Assembly: GCA_030295235.1 (NCBI GenBank)
Contig: AP026147.1
Location: 372,001 to 436,000 of the forward strand
From: Fistulifera solaris
Lineage: Eukaryota
Direction of reading: 5' to 3'
Length of the DNA stretch: 64,000 nt
The notes beneath the pieces are model-generated. The model had not been told where the DNA came from. It did no database searches and saw nothing but the letters and a program-made list of their open reading frames with translations. Position 1 is the stretch's first letter. Each line of letters opens with the position of its first letter. The position numbers were made by a program, and so were the translations under genes. Positions 38,536 through 50,287 of this stretch are shown one piece after another.

Positions 38536-39552
38536 CTACTTTGCGTGCCGCAGAGCAGCAATGGCAGCATTCACAATCTCAGCGGTAGATTGCGGGTTCG
38601 GAGGTTGCCGAGTCTGACCACTTTGCATAGCTTGAGGAAATGGTCGGCTGTTCACGAATGGAACCTGGTAAAAGCGGGGCATTGGATGCAAAACAGGATT
38701 AATAGGAGCCATCTGGCCGATTGGTGGCGCCATAGGTCTTGGGTTCATGGCAGGATTCTTTTTCCTCGAGAGCCCTTTCTTACTTTGAACCGGTGGCACC
38801 ATCATCATTACTGGAGGTCCGTTCATCATTGTCGTAGGTTGACTGTTCATCGTTAATCCAGGTCGCAGTGCCGTGTTGAGAGGCATGGATCCGTTCGGAA
38901 TCATCCCTCCGTATACATTTGCTGGCATCATGCCCATATTCAAATTTTTCTGCTGATGCAGGAATTGCCCCAACATCATTCGTTTCTGCGCTCCCTCATC
39001 GTAATCCAATGTTCGTTTCACACCCGCCGGCTCTTGCTTTCCAGAGCTCGTCACCGAACGCATCTTGGCAATAAGTTCTTCTTTGTCGCGCTGAAAGAAC
39101 TCATTACCAAAAATAATGGGATCATCGGGTCCGATGCCTCGGTTCATTTGACGAAAGCCCCATCGATATAGCTTGCGCGTGAAACTCGACCATTTCGTCG
39201 GCTTGCTCGTCTTGAAAAAGAGAGGTACAATTTTTCGCGTAAAATCATCGGGATGATTGATGACAAAGGATTTTCCGTCTTCACACCAAGCGACACAGAA
39301 GTTCTCTCCGGCATTCAAGTTTTCCACGTATCGCATCAGACTCATTAACTGAAAATGCTCGTTAGATTATGTCATTGTCTGTAAACTAACAGATACTGTT
39401 TCGATTTAGCTTACCTTTTCGGGAAACGTGGGAGCCGCATCGGGCTTTTTGTGATCCGGAAGGTAGCGTTTGGTGGATTCTTCCGGCTCGTCGTCTTTTT
39501 CCTCTTCCTTTGACGATACGCCGCCGTCACTCTTGTCTTCTGTTTCCGTCAT
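38536..39552 (-). CDS. Heat shock transcription factor (HSF DNA-binding domain)
   Basis: PTFPEK|LMSLM..VAWCEDGKSFVI..WSSFTRKLYRWGF..NEFFQRD; intron 39349-39414. Confidence 0.93.
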
Positions 39553-40204
39553 TTTACTTGCTTTTTGAGAGATTAGTTATTCTGTCGGATCGAAGGACGA
39601 CAAGAGGATCTTTGTGAGACGAGGTGCAACTTTCTCCAAGATCGTTTTGTTGCTGTTGCGGACGAAAGGTTGCGGATGCGTGGGGGCAAGTTTATTATCT
39701 TGACGAAAATTCGATGTACTTTTTATCTCATAATAAAGGCTCACCGCGTGCCAAACCGCGAACTTGATCGTTCGCTGCTTGTACAGTCTTGTATCAAACC
39801 ATCGTCAACTTCCAAGCACGAACCGCGAAATAACTTTTCACATTTACTGTCTGTATCAAAGTAGGAACGCAGACATCAACGAAGAACAAACAACGACTGA
39901 ACGAAAAAAGCGCGGAAGGAATGAGTATCACACGACAAGTAGTAACAGGACACCGAACACAACATGGATGACGTCTTCAACAAAAGGTCTTCAACGTTCA
40001 TTGGATTGATGACTGAATTCACTCACGAATAATTGGACCGCGCGTAATGACGCGCGGACGGCATTCGAACTTTCCATTTTGCCGAAAGTGCTCGCAAAAA
40101 GTTGCAAGTGTCATCGTCGCTGTTAACAAGCCCATGGCAGCATTCGTTTTGCTGTGACGAGAACATAGAAGAAGACCTGTTGTTTCCCACGAGAAGCAAA
40201 CAAA

Positions 40205-41088
40205 ATGGCTACTACCAACGTTCAGCAGAAGCAACGTCGTTCGTCGGGCGGCAAAGTCGGAGGACCGTCGCGGAGTTATCCGAGAGGAGTCGGTGTCGAC
40301 TTTCGTAAAGTATCGGGCTTGACATTATTGAATTACATCGATCATCAAGGTACGTTTATTTACAGTTTATCGCGCTGGATCTCTTTTATAAATAGCTGAC
40401 GCTGTTCGATTTAGGCGTGAAAATTCGCACGGACGCCCCGCAAGGAGAATTGGCCGTAGCGGTGGCACGTCATTTTGAGCAGATGGAAATCGACGAAGAA
40501 GAATGCATCGGTGGGTTTCTGGAGCGTCTCGAACAGCCCACAGGGATTACGGATTACATGCGCAAAACGGCATTTTTCGATGGACACGCCCCGTCCTTGG
40601 AAGTCCGCAAACGCAAGCGCCTCGCTGCCCGGCCGGGCGAGCAGGTCGCCGCCAAAGTCACGCGGACGGACGAAAATGGATCTTGGATTCTCGCCAGTGT
40701 GCAGCGATTCTATCCCGACTCGGAAACTTACGATGTGCAAGACGAAGATGATACCAGTAAACTCATTCGATTGCCGTGGACGCACGTCATGCGCTTGTCG
40801 AATGGGACGGAAGGAAACTTCGTTAAAGACAAGGACTGCATGGCTATTTTCCCCGAAACCACATCGTTCTACCGTTCCAAAGTGAGTAAGAACCCGGTTT
40901 GGGTCATGGATCGCAATGGAATACCCATGGTAAAAGAAATTATTGTCAAGTTTGAAGATGACGAAGATTCGCAAGGTCGGACTCCCAATCGCCGTGTGCC
41001 CGCGCGCTATGTCATCCCCATTCCGGCGGATTACTTTTACGAAGAAGCGGATGATGTGGATCTCAGTTTGGCGGGAATCAAGGCGTAG
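40205..41088 (+). CDS. SGF29-type double-Tudor protein with N-terminal SAP30-like Sin3-binding domain
   Basis: GEQVAAKV..WILASV..YDVQDED..AIFPETTSFYRS..VKFEDDED..RRVPARYV; intron 40350-40414. Confidence 0.85.
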
Positions 41089-41232
41089 AGAGTTCAAATG
41101 GTAGTCTAGTTGTAACAAGTCATTCGAATAGCGCAAATGACGCTACAGACATCTATGGCTAGTAGAGTTCATTTGGTTAACTCCAAGAATTAAAATATCG
41201 TTCCTTTGTTATATCATCAGCATTGCTAGCTA

Positions 41233-42493
41233 TCAATGACCCGGTTCAATGATGGGAGAAGTTGTGGTAGACCCATAATTCGTCGAACCTTTCAAAAGCG
41301 TTGCATTCTCTTCTTTCAATCGGCCGCGAGGATTCCCACCGGAAGAGTACTGTTTTCGTTCCGACATGGCTCCCGACCACAATGGGCTTTGTCGTTTTGT
41401 CGATGGATTCCGTACTTCCGGTATTGATTTGCGATCTTGTGGATGCATCAGGATTAACAAAATTGCACTAGGAATGAGTTCCAGACATCCATAATTCCAC
41501 CACCAGTATACTTTTTCCGGTGGGGCCATGACACGCCGTGCGTAACCAAATGCCCGTGCACCAAATAAAAATAGACAAAGAATGGAACACAACACCAGGC
41601 GCGATAACAAGCCACCGTGTCGACGGTGTGCGGGTGTCAAGAGACCGAGAAGACGTGGACAGAAGTAGAGGACTGTGCCAAACAAAGCGGCATAGATGCA
41701 GCACAGTAATGCATAAAGAAGAACAGAAGCGACTTTGTCAAATAGCTGCAGCCAAATGAGCAAGCCGTACACAACATAGGCCTGGATAACTTCAGTATGA
41801 GAATTTCACAATGACAAGAAGTGACTTATTAATACTAGTTTCCCTGTGCTTACCGTGACTTGAATAACGACTCCAGGTTTCGTGTTGGCACCAACGCCTT
41901 CAGCAACGCCTACTAGCTGCACAAAGAATGTCACCATAATGGACCAAGCGGACGCAAAGATCATTTCAGGTAACGTATCGCCCACGAACTGCAGCCACAT
42001 AGGATCCGACCAAATTTGAACTGGTATCATGAGTAACCTGGCGACCATGGCCAATAATATCGTTCTGCGAAACTGAAGATTATCAAAACAAAGTTGAATG
42101 AGACCGAGGCCCCTTTGCGTCGAATCAAGCGGTGGTTCTTTGGGCAGCTCTCCGACGAACAAATCAAGAACCAAATAAACTTACGATACACCGTGTAATC
42201 TCCGCCGTCGATCGAGTTTCACCATCATGACCAGGTCCGTGTTCTACATCATCATCCGGATTGGCACTAGCTTCCAAAATCTTCCGTTCCCGAACGACTT
42301 GCCATGAAGCCAATATGATAAAGACGACAAACCCTCCACATAATATTCCCCACGAAACAAAATGATTGTCGAATGGCGTCACTCGCATGATAACCGAAGT
42401 TTTGAAGGTATAATTAGAGTACGATTGGTGATTGCTGTACTTTGTTCCATTGTAATAATAATTGCCGAGCAAGTCGTCCATTCCCTCGATCAT
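41233..42493 (-). CDS. THH1/TOM1/TOM3 (DUF1084)-like multi-pass membrane protein
   Basis: Hydrophobic exons with DTLPEMIFASAWS and LELIPSAILLILM; two probable introns. Confidence 0.6.
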
Positions 42494-43112
42494 CTTGTCA
42501 ATTAGACTATTTCCGGCACGTTATGCCCCTTTCAAAACACGCTATCCGTCTACTTTTTTGCGCTCTGTTTCGTATAACCCTCAAAGTACGATAGACCTAT
42601 TCTGTTTTGCATTCAAAATCATAAATGAATGAATGCGTTTATTCCTTCATTCCTTCTTTATTATTGTCGTTTTTCGCATTTGCATTTTGCATGTACCTTT
42701 TCGGACGCCGGATGGACTGTGCGCACCTCGAGTCACGCTTCCAGTCGTTTTTCGCGGCCGAACTTTCGCGGTCTCACAAGAAATTTCCTCGCACTTTTTT
42801 ATAGACACTGAAAGTAAGGGTTGGTCCGTTGAATAACGATGATACTAAGATATATAGTGGATGAAACTGCCAGCATCTACAAATCAATCCATTATATAGA
42901 TTTCAACGGCAACAAATACGGCTAAGTATCACTAATACATAAGCCGACAAAGATCCGAGCAAACCCGTTTGATGGAGGACCAAACGATGCAAACTCTCGT
43001 CCACCTTATTGTAAAGAATGGCCTCATCCGCACATCTTTCCTTCAACTGACTGGTCGCGACGATATTGAAGAAAGCAATTCATAACATTCACCACCTCAA
43101 AAGCAAATGGAA

Positions 43113-44553
43113 CATGGAATGGTTACGGTATAGCAACGTTTTAGAAACCGCTTTCGGTTTGAAGACCGAGAACGACAAATCGAGTGCAACACACGCCGAG
43201 AATTCTTCGCCAGCCGAATTTGAAGAAAGGAAGGAATCGACCCGAATACCTCAAGATGCACCAATTGGTTTTCCAGCCGATGCAGACAGGGAGTTACAGC
43301 ACTGCGCTTATCGATCGTCGGGCTTGCTGGAATCATGGCATCCCCTATCCTTCTTTGCTGGAAATACTCAAAATTGTTCAAAAGGACATCCCAATAATCC
43401 CATTGAAGATATGCGCTTCGAAGCAGACGAAGAAAAACACGAAGCAGAAACAAATCATTTCGACGCTTATAACAGAGATCATAGCGAATTTCCTTCTGTA
43501 ATTGTCAGCTCCAGTTCCGAAGATTCTAGTTTCCGCTGTGAAAGTTTCACGGACGATGAGGATGAATCCATCGCAATTCATTGCCCCATTCCAACAAATC
43601 ATGAGTCGCTTCACGGAATGGAAGAAGGCAGAAAGTCTGCAAAACGACTCATTCTTTCAAAAGAACGCTTCGAAGAGCTGGCGGCAAAAACGAACGACAT
43701 TTTCGACCCTTCGGACACGGCAAATTTTGGACATGTTTGTCTTTGTTCTTTGCCTGGACCGGTGTTTTGTGTGCCGTCTCCAGCGCCCACAGCGTCCGCT
43801 TTGTTCGTTTAGAGAAACCGATCCTCATTACGCCACTATATGATCCCGTCGATCGCATGGGACTGTTGCGTACGGAAATATGCTTAAATGCGACGGCGGC
43901 GGGTGTCGATGCTTGCAAAGTTATTCCGATCGACTCGGAGGATGTCCGTGACAACAAATTCGGAATGGCGCGTCTGTTTCTCATGCTGGGCACAGTTTTT
44001 GGTGTTTTCTTTTCTTTGATTTTATCCACGTCCGTGTACTGGGAGTCGATCAATTTGCGGCCCGTGGCGGCGGGATTTTTATTCAGTTACTTTTTCCAGT
44101 CTCTTTCCATGCTCTTTTTTCGATACCGGCGTTTGTACTACCAACAAATGCCGCGTTGACGTGGGTTGTGCCCTATCGATTCTGGCAGCGTTGGGATGGA
44201 TTGCCACATGCATTGCCACCTCCAAGATGGATTCATTCAAAATACTGGCCAGACGTCAGCGGCGACGACGATTGCGGCAACAACTACGCGAGGAATACAA
44301 GAAAGATTTGGAGCGCAAGAATTATGGGCGTGAACCTTCGACTGCGACAGAAACGACGTACGTTTCACAACAGTCAAACTACTCAACTTCTTCTTCGATT
44401 GATTTCGTGGAAGACCAAAACATTGAAACAATCATTGTGAAAAGTGAACAGTCAAAGCGATTTATCAATATAGACCCGATGAAGCTATCGAACCGGCCTC
44501 CGACGGTTGTCAAGATTTTGGGTATTGACCCCGCCGATCTTCACGAGTGCTAG
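43113..44553 (+). CDS. Membrane protein with acidic N-terminus and claudin-like 4-TM region
   Basis: Three same-strand ORFs joined by T-run indels (~43727, ~44118); hydrophobic segments with loop Cys. Confidence 0.55.
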
Positions 44554-44830
44554 CCCAATGATATGTAGCGCATGTATAATAGTCGTACTAATAGCATTGC
44601 TTATAAACAAGTTTCTCCAAGTTACATAGTCTCTTTTTTAAGCAACGCTTCGCAGCTGCTTGGTGCGGTAATTGAATATAAATAGTAGCAACTAGATTAT
44701 CCGGACGCAAGAAGAAACGCCAACGGTATCACTGGATAATTACTACGGTCACCTTTCCATTTTGTTTTTAATTATTGCTTCAGAAGATTCTGATGAGAGC
44801 CATCATAGTGTAATCAGTCCCGCATGACTC

Positions 44831-45321
44831 ATCTGGGGCGGTCCATAAATTCTGGACCAGGTGTATTTCATTCATACAAAAAATTTGGGGCGGTCCTGAA
44901 ATTCTGGACGAGGTGTATTTCATTCGTACAGAAAATCTGGGGCGGTCCTGAATTTCTGGACCAGGTGTATTTCATTCATACAGGAAATCTGGGGTAGTCC
45001 AGAAATTCTGGACCAGGTGTATTTCATTCATACAGAAAATCCGGGGTGGTCCAGAAATTCTGGATCAGGTGTATTTCATTCATAGAGAAAATCTGGGGTG
45101 GCCCAGAATTTCTGGACCAGGTGTATTTCATTCGTACAGAAAATCTGGGGCGGTCCAGAATTTCTGGATCAGGTGTATTTCATTCGTACAGAAAATCTGG
45201 GGCGGTCCAGAAATTCTGGACCAGGTGTATTCTCATTCTTACAGAAAATCGGGGTGGTCCAGAAATTCTGGACCAGGTGTAATTCATTCTTACAGAAAAT
45301 CTGGGGTGTTCCAGAAATTCC
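44831..45321. repeat. Tandem array of a 52-bp unit (~9.4 copies), each with palindrome GGTCCAGAA(A/T)TTCTGGACC
   Basis: Unit TCTGGGGCGGTCCAGAAATTCTGGACCAGGTGTATTTCATTCGTACAGAAAA read directly. Confidence 0.97.
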
Positions 45322-45444
45322 CAACAATAAAAAGCCCATTATTTTTTGCAACATTGTTGGTTTTGAATATGAATAGTTCGCTCTTTATCAAGTAATATTG
45401 GCTTTGAAGTTCGCTCTCTATCAAATAAAATTATTAACGGAACA

Positions 45445-46319
45445 ATGACAACGTGCTTTCCTTTTCTGCTGCACCTCGAAGACCCCATTGTTCATCAATG
45501 GGTGGTGACGGGGATTCTGATTTCCTCGCTACCGACGTATTTGGCCTTGACGTACATTCCGGAAACGTGGGGCAAAACGTTGACGACCGATTCGCTCCTG
45601 GCGCGATTCTTTCCTTCGATCTCGGCCCCGGTAGCGTGGTGTTTCTTTGAGATCCCGAATCTTTACTGGTCGGCGTATTACTGGAAGGCCGTGTCGTCAC
45701 AGCAACAGCACATTTTGTTGTCATTCTTTGTCTTGCATTACGTGCAACGATCGATCCTTTACCCATTAATGCTGGCAAAATCCACGAAACGCATTCCGTT
45801 ACCGGTTGTTTTAGCGGCATTTGCCTTTACGAATTGCAATGGATAGTAAGTGGATGCAGGTGTTTGTAAAAAAGGCGCATGGCAAAAAACGCTCTCACAT
45901 TGCTTTGGATTTCACAAAACAGCGCGCAAGGATATGCTTTAAGTCACACATATATTGCTAGCGGCGGGAACTATCGTCCTTTCTTATTCTACTTAGGCTT
46001 GTGTCTTTTCTTCATTGGGATTTTCATCAATTTACAAAGCGACGCCATTCTACGAAAACTGCGGCATTCTGGCGATGGATATCAAATTCCGTACGGAGGG
46101 ATGTTTCGTTATGTGTCGACACCGCACTATTTTGGGGAAATCGTTGAATGGATGGGATTTTGTATTGCGTGTCACATGAATGCGGCTTCGGTGGCGTTTG
46201 TGATTTATACGGCCTCCAATTTGGTGCCTCGGAGTCGAGCGCATCATCATTGGTATCAGACAACGTTTGGGGATAAGTATCCTCGAGAACGAAAGGCGAT
46301 TGTACCGTTTCTCTACTAA
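45445..46319 (+). CDS. Steroid 5-alpha-reductase / DET2-like
   Basis: HYVQRSILYP, INLQSDAILRKLR, YQIPYGGMFRYVSTPHYFGEIVEW, NLVPRSRAHHHWY; intron 45846-45922. Confidence 0.93.
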
Positions 46320-46372
46320 AAATTACAGCGGTAATACAAGCTGGACAATCGATTACGTTTTACGAGTATTTA

Positions 46373-49300
46373 TCATGGGCTGAAGTTAAATTCGCACGAT
46401 CGTGGGCGTCTTGCGCTCATTCTTCGCCGCTCAACAGTGAATGAAAGCGCCGGGGAATACTGTCCCACCATAGCTCCGGTAGCACAATCACGCCGTTGCT
46501 GGCCTCGATCTGGTGAGAAAGAGTGATGAGAGAATGCTCGAGACGATGACGAGTGACAGCTGTCCGCACACGGGTTAAATGCACTTACATCGAGAGACGC
46601 TCGGTAGGCCTGACAAAGTTCCGATCGTTCGACATCATCAGCTGCCTTGTAATAGAGCTTGCGAAGGATTGAAGTTAGCTCGGGATGTTTCGGCTCCTGC
46701 AGTAAGCAGTGCAAGGCCGGGCGGAGTTTTTCCCAGGAGCGCGCAGGCAAGGTAATCTTGCCGCCGTGCTTTTCAATCTATGGTAGAAGTAACATGTTAG
46801 GAACGCAGCCAACAACTCATCTAGTCCGAACAGAAGCAACAAGAACTTACGTCCAAGGACTGTTTGTATGCAACAGCGAACTCCGCTTCATCCAGTTCCT
46901 TTGTTGCTTTTTCCCACAAACGATAAACTCTACTTATCAAGATGCCGTACTTCCCCGAATTCTCGACGTTAGTCATGACCTCATGCGCTGATTCTAGCCA
47001 GTGGGGATTTCGCGGCAGTGCTCTGACGGTTGGTTCTTCGCTACACGCAACTTGGAAAATTGGAAGGAGATCTAGATCGAGGAGACGCTGGTCCCAGCTT
47101 ACAAAATACAAATCGCCATCCAAGTCGCCATTTGCAATTTGTGCCGGGGTAGCGCGTTTCCCTGCATCGAAGCCGAACATAATAACTCCAAATGGTAGAG
47201 ATTGTAGAAACTCCCATTGAGAGGGTGCCATCTGGCTTGGCTTAGTTGTCACAATGGTTACTCGACGTGCGTCATTTCGCTCAATACACGGAAAACGACT
47301 TACAAACAAAGACCTCTGTTTCAATGCGACTTGAAAGTTGGGAATATTTTGAAAGCCAGAGAGATACGCCATGCCCGAAGGGATAGCATCTGTACAATCC
47401 GCCACTCCCACAACACCAACGTGTTTAATGGAAGGAAGCCTCTTCGAATCCGATAGGATTTTTTGCAGCTCGGAATCTTTCATTTTAAAAGCCTTGGACA
47501 GAAACTTGATAAAGCCGTCTTTCATACCTTGCTCTCTTGTCCTTGTATCACTCTCAGTGATTTGGCCAGTTTTCCAGTATTTCTCAAGAGTGATATTTGC
47601 TAGCGATGGGAAAGTCTGCCGGATCAATATCACCGCCGTCTCTTTAAGATCATCGTGTTTCGAAGGAGGGACCTTTTTCATAGAAGGAGGCAACTGCACC
47701 ATGTGACCAGACATTATATCTTTCAGCATGAGAACACCTTTGAAAAATCCAAGTCTGGGGCAGACAATTCTGACCTGAAGCGCAGCAACATCCTTGTATT
47801 TTCTTCGCTTGTTTTCGTCGTCAAATAGCTTTGTGAAAAGCTCTTTCGAAAAGAAGCCACATCCGTCACCTCTGTCTTCAATCTCGGTGTAAAGGTCTGC
47901 TGGTGTCGAAAAGATACAACGGGGCTGGGCAACGAAGTTAGTTCTTTTGGCATCCGTAAAGAGCAGCTTTAGCCGAGCAACTACTTTTTCAGTAGCCAAA
48001 GAGCTAAAATCACCTAGTAGCTCTAATTCATGCTGTAGATCCATCAACTCTCCGTCTTTAGTGCGCACGGCGACATAAAATACTTTGATCGCAGCTTGTT
48101 GCTGCGGTATTGGCTTTTGGTTTATGTAAACGAAATTCTTGGATCTCGCAGGCTGGACCGGAAACAGCAGTTTCCATGTTTCTCCGATCTCAACTAAATC
48201 CCGAGTGGCAAGAAATTCCTTCTTTTCATCCCACTTACTCGATCGTAAACGATTCCCGAAGAAGCATGCAGCTAGACAGTCGTACACCGGCGGAGAATCG
48301 TCCGATTGAAACACAATCTCTTTAATTACTTGACCCCTAAAATATTGTATTTGTTCGGAAAATGAGAAGACAGTTTAGATGTCAAGTAAGCACGTAAAAG
48401 TATACAGGATAGATACTTACCCAATCTGCAACCGTGATCCGCCAGCAAAGAGAGGTGCTGGATTACGAGGAGCTGCCGCTTTCCGAGGCCTCGCAGTTCT
48501 TTGCTTTTTCGTCTTTGCTTTCACAGTTTGTGACGAAGCTTTCCGCTTGGATGGAGTCGACTTTCCACGCAAAGACGACAATTTTGCACGCAGGGGCAAC
48601 TGCTTACGACGCGCCTTTGGTCTGTACGTAACCGCAGATTTCAAACCAGAAGGAACAATTGTTGCACCGTTATCCAAGCACGTGTGATTCGGATCTTTGC
48701 GGTCACAACTAATGCATCGGATTCTTTTTGTCATCCCCTTCACTTTCTCCCAGGATGACTCGCTGAATTGTCCCGCCACAACCCACGCATCTTGATCGTT
48801 CAGCCACTTGATCTTGTACAGGAGGATTCCGTCCACGACCTTCCTTGCGAAAATACCTTGGCACTGCACGTATTCTTCTATCTTCCAGCACGTGTGCGGC
48901 ACCCCGGCGGAACAGGAAGGACAGGGAGGAAATCGCTTGCACTTGTCCTCGAGTTCCTCGACGGCATAATCCGTAGCGTTTACGTAAAAGTCTTTCAGCC
49001 ATTGTTTCTTTCTGTAACCCTTCCATTTGAGATAGACTTCCTTCCTGCCATAGTCAACAAAGCGGCAGCCATGCCACTCTTCAATGTCATACTCATCTGG
49101 TTGAAGGCCAGGTTCATCAGAAAAGTCGTTGTTGTCCAGCAAGGGCATGTCAGTAGCAGGATCGGCATCATGACCAGTTACCACGGGCTCGGTTGATGCG
49201 TCGGAATAAATTGATAACTCGTCCTCAAGGTTGTCTGCATCATCATCCGTTTCTTTCACTTCAGAGGTATTGGAAATCGATTCAGAAGCGGAGTAGCTCA

Positions 49301-49822
49301 AATTATCGGCATACGCATCATCTTCGTCACCCTCATCCTCGTCAAAGTCGTTGAAATATTTGTTGGATTTCGGGAGACTACTGCGCTGAAGAGGAGCATC
49401 ATCACCCCAGCCATGATATTCTTTGGTTGGCCCATCCCACACAATCATTTCATCGCAGCAAGCCGGCTTCACCGACAACGCGCTTCGATTTCCATTAATG
49501 TTGATGCGAGATGATGAGCCGAGCTTACGACTCGATTCTTTGCTACCGAAAATTCCAAATAGTCATCATTATCGTCAGAAGAAAACTGATCGGACGGCTG
49601 AAAACTGTTTGGCTTTCGATGTCCATCATCATTAAGAACTTCCTTCTCGGGTGAAATAATGCGTACAGTGGCGTTTGGTTTCAATTCTACAAACGAAAGG
49701 CGGTCGTCGGCGGCGCTCATGTCTTCGTCTTCAGTGCTGACCGGCGAAATGCAAGCCTTCGGACGCTCCGAGGCGCGTTTGAGACGGAGAAATAGAGGTT
49801 TGCTGGCCCAAGAGAGATCCAT
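46373..49822 (-). CDS. Eukaryotic RNA-dependent RNA polymerase with two N-terminal chromo-like plus Cys/His zinc-finger modules
   Basis: GDGCGF, ALQVRI..FKGVL, GVADCT, VSRFPC, ANGDLDGDLYFVSWD; in-frame introns 48337-48420 and 46778-46850; upstream frameshift ~49550-49600. Confidence 0.85.
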
Positions 49823-50059
49823 TCTGTTTCTACTTTTATGCTTTCTTTATAATTACTTGGATACTTTAGTGTATTGATCAAAAAGAACTCGTGAGGATTG
49901 TCAACTTCGAGATCTTTTTGTTGTTGTTCGACGTGTCGGCTTTGCTTTCGGCACCTTTCATTTTTTTCGAAAAGCGCGCGCCGCAAAAAGATACGCGACA
50001 GTTCGCGGGCCTACGAGGGTTAGAGGCTAAGGACACTAGTGACTACACTAAAGGAAACA

Positions 50060-50280
50060 GTTTCTGGAAGACCAACAACTGGTCCAGAATTTCTGGACCA
50101 TTCACAGAATCTCTGTATGACCAACAACTGGTCCAGAATTTCTGGACCAATCACAGATTTTTGTAAGACCAGCAACTGGTTCAGAATTTCTGGACCAGTG
50201 TAGGACCAATCCAACAACTGTTCCAGAATTTCTGGACTCTCACAGATTTTCTGTATGATCAACATCTGGGTCAGAAATAT
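50060..50280. repeat. Tandem array (~42-49 bp unit, ~4.5 copies) of the same palindrome family, inverted relative to 44831-45321
   Basis: GGTCCAGAATTTCTGGACC-type copies at ~50081, 50130, 50178 and 50220; spacer CAGATTTTCTGTATGA is the reverse complement of TCATACAGAAAATCTG. Confidence 0.9.
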
Positions 50281-50287
50281 ACGGGTC

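Noticed and set aside
44840..45320. Palindrome as a canonical heat shock element
   Set aside because: The core is GAA-N-TTC, whereas HSEs need GAA-NN-TTC
44831..45321. CRISPR array (palindromic repeat at regular spacing)
   Set aside because: The intervening sequences are near-identical rather than unique spacers, no cas genes are present, and the context is eukaryotic
45046..45395. Repetitive ORFs inside the 52-bp array
   Set aside because: By-products of the tandem repeat, open in several frames
46821..48314. RdRP as a viral insertion
   Set aside because: It has the DxDGD motif of cellular RDRs and spliceosomal introns, with no viral GDD palm motifs or capsid genes
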